DNA of 63,950 bases, the filler included, from an uncultured Acidimicrobiia bacterium (lineage in GTDB: Bacteria; Actinomycetota; Acidimicrobiia; Spongiisociales; JAOTWH01): assembly GCA_964347285.1 (NCBI GenBank). It is 5 parts of 5 records of this genome, joined end to end, with 100 filler letters (N's around TTAATTAATTAA, not from the genome) between each part and the next. Parts side by side here need not be neighbours in the genome. Positions count along the whole stretch, not along the records: positions 41,817 to 55,448 come from CAYFYE010000068.1; positions 55,549 to 63,950 come from CAYFYE010000100.1; 3 more parts are not named here. One strand, 5' to 3'. Position 1 is the first letter of the stretch. Every line of letters starts with the position of its first letter. A model generated the notes under the pieces. The model had not been told where the DNA came from. It was given only the letters and a program-made list of their open reading frames with translations, and ran no database searches. Shown here in pieces: positions 53,247 to 62,525 of this stretch. The position numbers were made by a program, and so were the translations under genes.

Positions 53247-53331
53247 GCCGGGAAGCTATCAGCGCCGGTGGCGAACCGACAACCAGTGCCCACCGAGTAG
53301 GGTGCCCGCCCCGACGTCGAAGGGGGCGCCC

Positions 53332-53740
53332 ATGCCTCATCGATCATCCCCGGCCTGCGTTATCACGATGCCCACCGAGCCCTCCAATTCCTCGAGGAGT
53401 GTTTCGGGTTCCGGCCTCATCTCGTCGTCGAGGACGATTCCGGCACGATCGTGCATGCCCAGCTGACCCTCGGCTCGGACATGGTCATGATCGGTGAGGT
53501 CCGGGACGACGAATACGGCGCCCACGTCACCACCGCCCGGGAGGCGGGGCGGCCGGCTGTGGGGTTGTACGTGGTCGTGGACGACGTGGACGGGCACGCC
53601 GAGCGAGCCCGGGCCGCCGGGCCCAGATCGTCTTCGAGCCGGCCGTCATGGACTACGGCGGGCGCAACTACACCTGCGTCGACCCCGAGGGCAACCTGTG
53701 GAACTTCGGCAGCTACGACCCGTGGGTGGAGCCCGGCTAG
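53332..53740 (+). pseudogene. VOC/glyoxalase family gene with two apparent 1-nt deletions
   Basis: IIPGLRYHDA...FGF...HAQL...HAERARAAG, then QIVFEP..MDYGGRNYTCVDPEGNLWNFGSYDPW in another frame; ATG 53332 is out of frame with the body. Confidence 0.75.
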
Positions 53741-53830
53741 GGACCTCTCCCCACACCGCGAAGTCGGGTCGGGCGGCCAAAGTCCACCGTGGACTCGACC
53801 ACCCGACCGTCAACTTCGAACGCCGCGGAG

Positions 53831-55129
53831 CTACTTGATGCCGGCCAGCTCCTCCAGCATGTCGGTGGTGAGCGACTTGGGCCGCTCGATGGGATAGCCG
53901 AGAGCGCGATCCCAGACGATGTTGGCCAGGACTCCGAGAGCCCGGCCGATGGCGAACAGCACCGTGTAGAAGTCGTACTCACGGACCCCGTAGTGCCACT
54001 GGATGACGCCCGACTGGGCGTCCACGTTCGGCCACGGGTTCTTCGCCTTGCCCTGCTCCTGCAGGATCGGGGGCACGACCTCGAACAGCATGTCCACATA
54101 GCGGAAGACCGGATCTTCCGGCAGGTGCTTGAGGCACCAGTTGCGCAGCTCCATGTAGCGCGGGTCGGTCTTGCGGAGGACCGCATGGCCGAAGCCGGGG
54201 ATGACCTGCCCCGAGTTCAGCGTGTCCCACACGAACTGCTCCATCTCCGCTTTGGTGGGCAGCTCGCCGCCCATCTTGTCCATCACGCCCTGGATCCACC
54301 TCAGGACCTCCTGATTGGCCAGGCCGTGCAAAGGTCCGGCCAGGCCGTTGATCATGGCCGAGGTGGCGTAGTAGACGTCGGAGAGAGCACTGGCCACCAA
54401 GTGTCCGGTATGAGCGCTGACGTTGCCGCTCTCGTGGTCCGAGTGCAGGATGAAGTACAGGCGCGACACGTCATCGTACGGCGTGTCCATTCCCATCATC
54501 CGGGCGAAGTTGGCGCCGAAGTCGAGATCGGGATCCGGCTCGATCGGAGTGTCGCCGCGGTACTTCAAGCGATAGATGGTCGCACCGATCTGGGGCAGCC
54601 GGGCCCACAGGGTCAGCGTGTCCTCCAGCGTGGGCTGCCAGTGATCCAGTTTGCCCAGGCCCTTGGCGTAGGCCCTGACGTATTCGGACTCGCGCTCCAT
54701 CGCCGTGAGCGCGGCCGAGAACATCGTCATGGGGTGGGTGTCGCGCGGCAGCGCGTGCAGCACGTCCCACACGTATTGGGGGACCTGAGCGCGGCGGTGG
54801 AACTCGTCGACCACCTCCTGGACGTCGCTCTCCGCGGGGATGTCGCCGGTCAGCAGGAGATACACGTGTCCTTCGACGTACGGCACCTCCGCATCCGGTG
54901 GCCGGGGAAGCCGGTCCAGGACCTCGGGAATGGTGAATCCACGGAACCGGATGCCTTCTTCGGGATCGAGGTAGGAGACATCGGTGACCAGGCACTTCAC
55001 GCCCCGGGCTCCCCCGATGGCCTGGCCGACGGTCACCTCCGAGATCTTGACGTCCCCGTACTCCTTCACCAGCCTTTCGGTTCTGGGGCGCCAAGCCTCG
55101 ATCTTCTCAGCGAGTCTCTGCTTGAGCAT
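53831..55129 (-). CDS. gltA: Citrate synthase, eukaryote/mitochondrial type
   Basis: HSDHESGNVSAH, GLAGPLHGLANQEV, PGFGHAVLRKTDPRY, KNPWPNVDAQSG. Confidence 0.93.
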   Translation of the reverse strand: MLKQRLAEKIEAWRPRTERLVKEYGDVKISEVTVGQAIGGARGVKCLVTDVSYLDPEEGIRFRGFTIPEVLDRLPRPPDAEVPYVEGHVYLLLTGDIPAESDVQEVVDEFHRRAQVPQYVWDVLHALPRDTHPMTMFSAALTAMERESEYVRAYAKGLGKLDHWQPTLEDTLTLWARLPQIGATIYRLKYRGDTPIEPDPDLDFGANFARMMGMDTPYDDVSRLYFILHSDHESGNVSAHTGHLVASALSDVYYATSAMINGLAGPLHGLANQEVLRWIQGVMDKMGGELPTKAEMEQFVWDTLNSGQVIPGFGHAVLRKTDPRYMELRNWCLKHLPEDPVFRYVDMLFEVVPPILQEQGKAKNPWPNVDAQSGVIQWHYGVREYDFYTVLFAIGRALGVLANIVWDRALGYPIERPKSLTTDMLEELAGIK

Positions 55130-55311
55130 TTCTCCCCTCCTTCGCCGTAACCATCCCTCATCGTCCACCGACGGCAGCCATCGGACCAGGGCCAATCGGC
55201 CCAACTCACCGGGACAATTTCGATCGATCGCCGAAGCCGGTGCGGACCGCTCCCGACCGGGCAGAATCCGGGCCCCGGTGCCACCTTCTCCCCTCCGACC
55301 TCCGGCGCCGC

Positions 55312-55448
55312 TCAGCCGTCGTCGCCGTCCCCGCGGCGGCCGTGCTTCCAGTAGCCGCGCACCGAGGCCCGGGAACGAGGCAGGCCGCGGTCCTCGAAGA
55401 GGTGGCGGCGAATGCGCTGCATCGCCGCCGCTTCACCGGCCGCCCAGA
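55312..55448 (-). CDS. Siderophore-interacting protein, C-terminal fragment (5' truncated)
   Basis: Own translation WAAGEAAAMQRIRRHLFEDRGLPRSRASVRGYWKHG (WxAGE...GYWK). Confidence 0.8.
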
Positions 55449-55548
55449 NNNNNNNNNNNNNNNNNNNNNNNNNNNNNNNNNNNNNNNNNNNNTTAATTAA
55501 TTAANNNNNNNNNNNNNNNNNNNNNNNNNNNNNNNNNNNNNNNNNNNN
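55449..55548. other. Artificial contig linker
   Basis: N44-TTAATTAATTAA-N44. Confidence 0.98.
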
Positions 55549-55680
55549 GGTGTCGGATGCGGTGCAACGGGCCATACCCACAACCCTCGAAGTCGAGGTC
55601 GACCGGTAAAGCTCGGACAGATCCACCGGCAGACTTTCACGATGTTCGTGGGGTTCACGCCGATCGACCCTCCCGGGGGG

Positions 55681-56037
55681 TTACGTCGCGCGGGCAGCGC
55701 CGGTGCCGACGGTGCCGCCGGTTTGGAGACCGTTGGCGTTGTCGTCCCCGGGACCGTTGTGGATGTAGTAGATGGGGCGTTCGTTTCTCAGCAGGTCCAA
55801 CACGTTGGCGAAATCCTCGAGGTGGTAGTGGGCCTGGGTTTGGGTGTCGGCGGGGAGCGTTGTTCCATTCGGCATGAAAATGAGTTCCCCGACGAACTCG
55901 CCGGACCCGGCAACAAGGTTGATCCTTGGCGTCCGCTTGTTGGCCGGGTAGGTCACGATGTATTCCTCGATCTTGTTCCAGGGCACGCTCCACTCGGGAC
56001 GCGAAGTGGGGGTTGGTGTGGCTGTGAGAGCGCTCAT
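55681..56037 (-). CDS. Hypothetical protein coupled to TetR
   Basis: AAGGA RBS; ATGA overlap with the tetR stop; globular-looking HYHLEDFANVLDLLRNERP. Confidence 0.7.
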   Translation of the reverse strand: MSALTATPTPTSRPEWSVPWNKIEEYIVTYPANKRTPRINLVAGSGEFVGELIFMPNGTTLPADTQTQAHYHLEDFANVLDLLRNERPIYYIHNGPGDDNANGLQTGGTVGTGAARAT

Positions 56038-56648
56038 CGAGAGTTCCTTTCTTTGATGAACTCTCCGGTGAGGAGAGAAGAGATGGCTTGCGTCGAAGCG
56101 GTGTGGGGTTGGGGATCAACAGCTGCCAAGACGGTGTGGCCAATGTTGAGCGCGACAAGTACCCGCGAGACGGCGGCTGGGTCGAGGCCGTGGGAGATTT
56201 CTCCATGGTGTTGGCCCCGTCGCACTTCAGCGGTAAACGGCTGCGCCAGGTTGGCGAGTGCCTCGACGAGCAGTTGGCTGATCCGGGGGACGCGGAGGGC
56301 TTCGCCCCAGAGGAGGAGGCTGAGCCGATTGCTCATGTCGGTCTCGGGGGAGTGAACCACCTCGAGGCTGGCGGCCATCATCTGGGAGAGCGACCGGGTG
56401 GCGGTGTCGGCCTCTTGAGCCTTCTCGAGGATGTCTCGGGTGGTTTGGCGTCCCATCTCGGCGATCGCGGTAACGATTTCTTCTTTGCCGTTGAAGTAGC
56501 GGTAGACGGATCCGGTGCTCAGTTCGGCCTCGTCGCAGATGGCCTGAATCGTGGTTGCTTGGAATCCGTCGCGACTGAAGCACCGCGCGGCAGCCTCGAG
56601 GATCTGGTTGCGGCGGGCTTCCAGGTGGGCTTCGCTGACTTTCGGCAT
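56034..56648 (-). CDS. TetR/AcrR family regulator
   Basis: MPKVSEAHLEARRNQILEAA, ICDEAELSTGSVYRYFNGKEEI HTH. Confidence 0.93.
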   Translation of the reverse strand: MPKVSEAHLEARRNQILEAAARCFSRDGFQATTIQAICDEAELSTGSVYRYFNGKEEIVTAIAEMGRQTTRDILEKAQEADTATRSLSQMMAASLEVVHSPETDMSNRLSLLLWGEALRVPRISQLLVEALANLAQPFTAEVRRGQHHGEISHGLDPAAVSRVLVALNIGHTVLAAVDPQPHTASTQAISSLLTGEFIKERNSR

Positions 56649-56669
56649 TGGTAGTTCTCCACTCCGCCC

Positions 56670-56695
56670 ATATAAAACGAATACTCGTTTTATAT
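56670..56695. promoter_or_regulatory. Perfect inverted repeat, probable TetR operator
   Basis: ATATAAAACGA-ATAC-TCGTTTTATAT about 22 nt upstream of the tetR ATG. Confidence 0.8.
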
Positions 56696-56875
56696 CAGAG
56701 GCCGTCAGGACTGTCAACCGGACCCAACACGGGTGCGATCCTTTTCGAGGACATGGCCGGCTCACTCGGCTGCCTCCCCACCTGCTACTCCCAGGCACAA
56801 TCACTCGTGACGATGACTGGCGAGCACGGTATTCGCTGAGCCCGCACGACGTGCCTGTCCAGCGCACTCTGCGAA

Positions 56876-57210
56876 ATGCTGGTTCCTCCGTTCGGTGATC
56901 GGCTCGGCGTCGGGGAGCAGCGCGAGATCAAGGTGGCTTGCGAGGATCCGAGGTGCGCCGAGGTCGCTATTACCGGTCTCCCCGAGCCCTCGGAAGCAAC
57001 ACTGATTGCCGCGGCCTGGGCGCCCGACGGGTCCCCGATCATCGCGTTGTCCCGCCCCGACTCTGTGGTGCTCGTGTCCTGTGACGATCCGGCGTGTACG
57101 TCGACAGCGCTGACGGAGATCTCCGGGCCGCTGGGGTTGGGGTCTCCCCAGCTGGATACCCGGTGGTAGCGGTTGGCGCGTGGCATGACGAGGCCCAGGC
57201 CTACGACGGC
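56876..57210 (+). pseudogene. Remnant of a Cys-repeat (CxDPxC) beta-propeller-like protein
   Basis: VACEDPRC and VSCDDPAC units with APDGSPIIA; next unit (GVSPAGYPVVAVG) in another frame. Confidence 0.4.
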
Positions 57211-57214
57211 AAAC

Positions 57215-57232
57215 TTGGGAAATTTGCCCCTA
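57215..57232. promoter_or_regulatory. Weak DosR/NarL-like box upstream of nfnA
   Basis: TTGGGAAATTTGCCCCTA (13/18 to TAGGGACTTTAGTCCCTA), upstream of a CATGCT -10-like hexamer. Confidence 0.3.
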
Positions 57233-57266
57233 GTGGTCAATCGCGGCCGTGTCGCATGCTGACCAT

Positions 57267-58145
57267 GTGCGCGGCCACGATTTCCCAATAACCGAAGCAC
57301 GTTACCTGGCGCCCGACGTCAAGCTCTTTCGGATCTTGGCACCGAAGATCGCCGTCAAGCACCGGGCCGGTCAGTTCGTCATCGTTCGTGCCACCGACGA
57401 CGGAGAGCGGATCCCCCTCACCATCGCCGAATCGCATCCTGATGAAGGCTGGATCACGCTCATCGTGCAGGGAGTCGGTAAGACCACCTATACCCTCAAC
57501 ACCTTCCAAATCGGCGATTCCGTCGCGGACTTGGTCGGCCCACTCGGCACTCCCTCGCACATCGAGTGCTACGGCACCACCGCGGTAGTGGGTGGCGGTG
57601 TCGGCACGGCCATTGCCTACCCAGTCGCCGTCGCTCTCAAGGAAGCCGGCAACCGGGTGCTCTCCATCATCGGTGGCCGTAACCGCGCTCACGTCATCCT
57701 CGAGGAGGAGATGCGCGCCGTCAGCGATGAGCTCTATCCCACTACCGACGACGGTTCGTACGGAAGGCACGGTTTCGTCACCGAGGCGCTACAGGATCTG
57801 CTCCTCTCCGACCAGCGCCTCGACCTCGTGTTGGCCGTCGGTCCGATCCCGATGATGAAAGCGGTCGCCGAGTTGACCCGCCCCCACGGTATCAGGACGA
57901 TCGCCAGTCTGAACCCGATCATGGTCGACGGCACCGGCATGTGCGGCGGGTGCCGGGTGAGTGTCGGCGGCGTCACCCGGTTTGCCTGCGTCGATGGCCC
58001 CGAGTTCGACGCCCATGAGGTCGACTTCGAACTCCTCACCCGTCGTAACCGGGCGTACCTTGAGTTCGAGCGGACAAAGCGCGAGGAGTTCGAGCGCTCC
58101 CGCCCGGTGGTGAAGGCGACGGGGGTCAGCGATGGATCTGCCTAG
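57267..58145 (+). CDS. NfnA/SudB-like FAD/NAD-binding 2Fe-2S subunit
   Basis: AGQFVI, GERIPLTI, VGGGVG, TDDGSYG, MVDGTGMCGGCR, CVDGPEFD; start 57267 or 57249. Confidence 0.9.
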   Translation: MRGHDFPITEARYLAPDVKLFRILAPKIAVKHRAGQFVIVRATDDGERIPLTIAESHPDEGWITLIVQGVGKTTYTLNTFQIGDSVADLVGPLGTPSHIECYGTTAVVGGGVGTAIAYPVAVALKEAGNRVLSIIGGRNRAHVILEEEMRAVSDELYPTTDDGSYGRHGFVTEALQDLLLSDQRLDLVLAVGPIPMMKAVAELTRPHGIRTIASLNPIMVDGTGMCGGCRVSVGGVTRFACVDGPEFDAHEVDFELLTRRNRAYLEFERTKREEFERSRPVVKATGVSDGSA

Positions 58146-59637
58146 TCGCAAAGAACGGATGCAGATGCCCCGGGTCGAGATGCCGGAGCGGCCACCCGCC
58201 GAGCGAGCTACCGATTTCGACGAGGTCAACCTCGGTCTCACCGCCGAACTGGCCCAGTATGAAGCGGCGCGATGCCTCTTCTGCCCGGTGGCCAAATGCG
58301 TCGAGGGCTGTCCGGTCGATGTCCAGATCAAGGAGTTCCTCGAACTCATCATCGCCGGCGACTTCGCCGGAGCAGCCGGCGTCATCAAGGAGGACAACTC
58401 CCTCCCCGCCATCTGCGGGCGGGTGTGTCCTCAGGAAGATCAGTGTGAGGGAGCCTGCGTGCTGATTCGCAAAGGACGTCCGATCGCCATCGGTCACCTG
58501 GAGCGATTTGCGGCCGACTGGGAACGTCAGGAAGGCCTGATGTCGATTACCCCTGCCGAAGTCAGCACCGGCAAGCGTGTCGCGGTGGTGGGCAGCGGTC
58601 CCGCCGGTCTGGCCTGTGCCACCGACCTGGCCCGTTTCGGACACGGGGTGACGGTGTTCGAGGCCCTGCATGATCTGGGCGGGGTCCTCATGTACGGGAT
58701 CCCCGAGTTCCGGCTCCCGAAGGAGATCGTCCGCGCCGAGATCGAGCAACTGGAGCGCATGGGCGTCGAATTCGTCGCCAACGCAGTGATCGGCAAGATG
58801 GATACGCTCGATGAACTGCTCGGCGATGAGGGCTACGACGCCGTCTTCCTGGGCGTCGGGGCGGGACTGCCCCGCTTTCCCGGCATCCCCGGCGAGAACC
58901 TCATCGGGGTGTACTCGGCAAATGAGTTCCTCACCCGAGTCAATCTGATGAAGGCCTACCGATCGGATGCGGAGACCCCCGTGCTCGATCTCACCGACAG
59001 GCGGGTTGCCGTCTTCGGCGGCGGCAACACTGCGATGGATGCGGTTCGTACCGCGCTGCGATTGGGGGCCGCCAGGGCCGCCATCATGTACCGCCGCTCG
59101 GAGGAGGAGATGCCGGCCCGCGACGAGGAGATCGCTCATGCCCGTGAGGAAGGCGTCCAGTTCGTCATGCTCACCAATCCGGTGGAGTTCCTCGGCGACG
59201 ACGATGGGTGGCTCACCGGCGTTCGCTTGCAGAAGATGCAACTCGGTGAGCCGGACGAGAGTGGGCGCCGTCGGCCCCTGCCGATCGCGGCATCAGAATG
59301 GACCGAGGAGGTCGACGTCGCGATCGTCGCCATCGGGAACAGCCCCAACCCCCTGATCGGAAAGACCACGCCCGACTTGGAGCAGACTGCCCGAGGCACG
59401 GTCGTCGCCAATCCCGCGACCGGCCGGACCACCAAGCCCGGGGTGTTCGCCGCCGGCGACATCGTCACCGGCGGCGCCACGGTCATACTCGCCATGGGGG
59501 GTGGCCGCCGGGCGGCCCGCTCGATCGACGATTGGCTGCGCACCGGAATCTGGGAGGTGGAGCCGGAAGAAGCTGACGGGGGGTTTCGAACACGGGGTAG
59601 CGTCCTGCACGCTCGATGTGTCCGAGAGTGCCTGTGA
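58132..59637 (+). CDS. NfnB/SudA-like (GltD-like) flavo-iron-sulfur subunit
   Basis: RCLFC...CVEGCP, CGRVCPQEDQCE, GSGPAG, YGIPEFRLP, GGGNTAMD, YRRS, AGDIVTG. Confidence 0.9.
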   Translation: MDLPSRKERMQMPRVEMPERPPAERATDFDEVNLGLTAELAQYEAARCLFCPVAKCVEGCPVDVQIKEFLELIIAGDFAGAAGVIKEDNSLPAICGRVCPQEDQCEGACVLIRKGRPIAIGHLERFAADWERQEGLMSITPAEVSTGKRVAVVGSGPAGLACATDLARFGHGVTVFEALHDLGGVLMYGIPEFRLPKEIVRAEIEQLERMGVEFVANAVIGKMDTLDELLGDEGYDAVFLGVGAGLPRFPGIPGENLIGVYSANEFLTRVNLMKAYRSDAETPVLDLTDRRVAVFGGGNTAMDAVRTALRLGAARAAIMYRRSEEEMPARDEEIAHAREEGVQFVMLTNPVEFLGDDDGWLTGVRLQKMQLGEPDESGRRRPLPIAASEWTEEVDVAIVAIGNSPNPLIGKTTPDLEQTARGTVVANPATGRTTKPGVFAAGDIVTGGATVILAMGGGRRAARSIDDWLRTGIWEVEPEEADGGFRTRGSVLHARCVRECL

Positions 59638-59645
59638 AGCGCTAT

Positions 59646-59852
59646 TCAGGACTGCGGCGGGCCCGGCCAGTGCCGGTAGAGACGGCGGGCCTCGTCGCCA
59701 ACAGCGACCCGGTTGATGTTGCCTCCCGGTGAGAGACAGCCGGTGTATGTCGTGTCGTCAGGCTGAGCCGTGACGTAACCCGCCATAAGGCCGCCCACGA
59801 GGAGCAGAGCCACCAGCGACGCAAGCCACGGAGCTTTGAGCAATCCAGTCAT
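59646..59852 (-). pseudogene. N-terminal fragment of a secreted protein
   Basis: GGGAGG RBS, signal peptide, YTGCLSPGG; frame degenerates after about 55 codons. Confidence 0.4.
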
Positions 59853-60017
59853 TGGACCTACCTCCCGTTTTGTGAGCGTGACAGCGCTCTGCCTCGACGG
59901 CTAGAGCATTTGGTCCGGCGCTCTCCGTCACCAGAAAAAGGGAAGATCCGGCTCCCTAGGCAGCGTCTCCGTCCCCCGCCACCGACGAGGCGTGGTTTTC
60001 GCGCTCTCAGTCACCGA

Positions 60018-60035
60018 TAGGGACTAAAGGCCCTA
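60018..60035. promoter_or_regulatory. DosR/DevR-like palindromic box
   Basis: TAGGGACTAAAGGCCCTA, 17/18 to TAGGGACTAAAGTCCCTA. Confidence 0.6.
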
Positions 60036-60252
60036 GCCAAGATCTGCCTGCCCCACCAGCGTTGCCGTCAAGCCGGGGAGGAGGTTTTCACGAACACCAT
60101 TTGGGTCGCGGATGCCGTCGGTGCGAACGCGAAGCCGATCGGGGGAAGTGCGCCACCCGCATTCTGGTCCCCTGATGGGAGTTGTGTCTACTACGCGCCT
60201 CGGTAGCGAAGGCCACATTGAGTGGCGAAGACATGGGAGGGGAGCAACTCGC

Positions 60253-62292
60253 ATGAGACTTACGCGTCGAGATTTCGTGAAGTTGTCCGGAGCCGCCACC
60301 GCTGGCTTCTTCGTGTCCACCCAGGCGAGGTGGACCGCACCGGCCGCGGCGGTGCCTGCCGCTCGGGGGCTGAGCGACCCGGCACTGCAACCCAAGTTCA
60401 TCGAACTGGCGCCAAACGCGCTGGACCCTGGCTTCTTGTTCAAGGATCTGAACGAGAACGGCGGGCCGGTGCGGCAGCCCAACTTCAGTGTCCGCGCCCG
60501 GCAGACCAGGCAGGAGACGGGCCTCATCGATCCACGGAACGGCCGTCGTCTGAAGACGAACGTGTGGGGATATGGCGCCGACACGGTTTCGTGGCCCGGC
60601 CAGACCTTTCAGGTGATGAGCACCTCGGCGGGTGGTGCGGACGAGACCGTGGTGCGGTGGGAGAACGAGATGCACGGCGGATCGCACCTGCTGCCCGTTG
60701 ACGAGAACCTGCACTGGGCTTATTCGCTGCACGGCGCCAGCTCGGCGAACGATGTGGACTACCGCCAGTTCAGCATCAAGAAAAATGGAGTGCCGATCAT
60801 CACCCATCTCCACGGCGGAAACAGCGACTTCCAGTTCGACGGCAACCCCGAGTTTTTCTACAGCCCCGACGGCGAGGTCAAGGGCCCCCAGTGGGACTTC
60901 GTCCCGGGCGGGTTTACCAACACGTTCCGGTACAACAATGCCGTCCCAGCCGGGAACCTCTGGTACCACGACCACGCCCTCGGCATCACCCGGCTCAATG
61001 TCTACGCCGGCCTGGCGGGCTTCTACTTCATTCGGGACGAGTTTGACACCGGTCGGCCCGACAATCCTCTCGCCCTACCGGCGTTCCCATACGAGCTGGC
61101 CTACGCCATCCAGGACCGAATGTTCACCGACCGGGGCGCACTCTTCTATCCGGCCTTCCCCGGCGACCCGTTCTACGACGACTTCATCACCGGCGAAGGC
61201 GTGATCTTGCCACCCGACCTCTTTCCGGGCGGCGGGCCCACCGCGCTGGCCGAGTTCTTCGGAGACCACATGGTGGTCAACGGCAAGATCTGGCCCAAGA
61301 CCGACGTAGAGCCGCGCAACTACCGGCTACATTTGCTCAACGGCTGCGACTCCCGCTTCCTAGTGGTGCAGTTCGTGGCCGTCAATCCAGGCGTGACAGA
61401 TCCGAACGATGACAGCGCCAGCGCTCCATTGACCTTCTGGGTCATCGGCAGCGATCAGGGGCTCGGCACCCCGGTCCAGACCGATACGCTGGTGATTGAG
61501 CCCGGCGGCCGCTACGACGTGGTGGTGGACTTCTTCGAGGTCCCATTTGGCAACCGAGCGATCATGAAGAACCTCGGCGGCGACGCTCCCTTCGGCGGAG
61601 CCTTCGGCGACGACCTCGATCCTGAGGACATCTTCCCGGATCGCCAGACCGATCGGATCATGGCCTTCGACGTGGTGGTGCCTCTGTCCGACGTGCCCGA
61701 CAACTTCAAGCCCGGCAATCTCCCGGGCTACGGCGGTGTGGGCACTGAGGACACTGTCCGTCGAGTGGCGCTGTTCGAGGGAACCGACGAGTTCGGCCGT
61801 CTCCAGCCGCTGCTCGGCACGGTCGCCGACGACTTGAGTGGAACGAATGTGGCTACGGCGTACACCTGGTTCCAACCCACTACCGAGACGCCGGATTCAG
61901 AAAGCACGGAGATCTGGGAGATCTACAACTTCACTGCCGATGCCCATCCGATTCACCTGCACCTGGTGAACTTCGAGATCCTCGACCGGAAGGACTTCGA
62001 GTACGACATCACGGGCACTCAGACGACGATCCAGCACAACGGCACGGAAGGCGAGGCTCCGGAGATCTCCAACATCAGGAATCTCACGGCCTCGTCTGTT
62101 GGCCCGGAGTACTTCGAGAATGCGCCGAAGGACATGGTCACCTCCCTGCCTGGTGACCCAGAGGGTGCTCCCCCAACGGGTCAGCTCGTGCGGATCAAGG
62201 CTGACTTCAACAAGTCGGGCCGGTACGTGTGGCACTGCCACATCCTGTCCCACGAGGACCACGAGATGATGCGGGTCCTCCAGGTCGGGTAG
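60253..62292 (+). CDS. Tat-exported multicopper oxidase (CotA/bilirubin oxidase-like)
   Basis: TRRDFVK Tat motif; HLHGG, WYHDH, HPIHLH, WHCHILSHEDHEMM copper sites. Confidence 0.93.
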   Translation: MRLTRRDFVKLSGAATAGFFVSTQARWTAPAAAVPAARGLSDPALQPKFIELAPNALDPGFLFKDLNENGGPVRQPNFSVRARQTRQETGLIDPRNGRRLKTNVWGYGADTVSWPGQTFQVMSTSAGGADETVVRWENEMHGGSHLLPVDENLHWAYSLHGASSANDVDYRQFSIKKNGVPIITHLHGGNSDFQFDGNPEFFYSPDGEVKGPQWDFVPGGFTNTFRYNNAVPAGNLWYHDHALGITRLNVYAGLAGFYFIRDEFDTGRPDNPLALPAFPYELAYAIQDRMFTDRGALFYPAFPGDPFYDDFITGEGVILPPDLFPGGGPTALAEFFGDHMVVNGKIWPKTDVEPRNYRLHLLNGCDSRFLVVQFVAVNPGVTDPNDDSASAPLTFWVIGSDQGLGTPVQTDTLVIEPGGRYDVVVDFFEVPFGNRAIMKNLGGDAPFGGAFGDDLDPEDIFPDRQTDRIMAFDVVVPLSDVPDNFKPGNLPGYGGVGTEDTVRRVALFEGTDEFGRLQPLLGTVADDLSGTNVATAYTWFQPTTETPDSESTEIWEIYNFTADAHPIHLHLVNFEILDRKDFEYDITGTQTTIQHNGTEGEAPEISNIRNLTASSVGPEYFENAPKDMVTSLPGDPEGAPPTGQLVRIKADFNKSGRYVWHCHILSHEDHEMMRVLQVG

Positions 62293-62525
62293 GCCGTCGT
62301 CGTGATGAACACGAGGGGAGGGTCGCGGCGGCGGTCCTCTTCCGCTCAAGGTGGAGTCTGTGGCCTGTGGAACGCGAACTGAACGATTTTGAACGCTGTA
62401 GCCCGGTGGGTAGGCAACTGGGTTTCTGCCCACCCCACCAGGCGTTCAGCCGCATTTTCCGGGGCCTTCGCCCCCCAAGGTGTGCTCGGCACGCAAGGAC
62501 CCTGGGGTCGCCCAGTCGCTCTCCG

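Noticed and set aside
58132..59637. Glutamate synthase small subunit (gltD)
   Set aside because: No gltB adjacent; it is paired with an NfnA/SudB-type gene.
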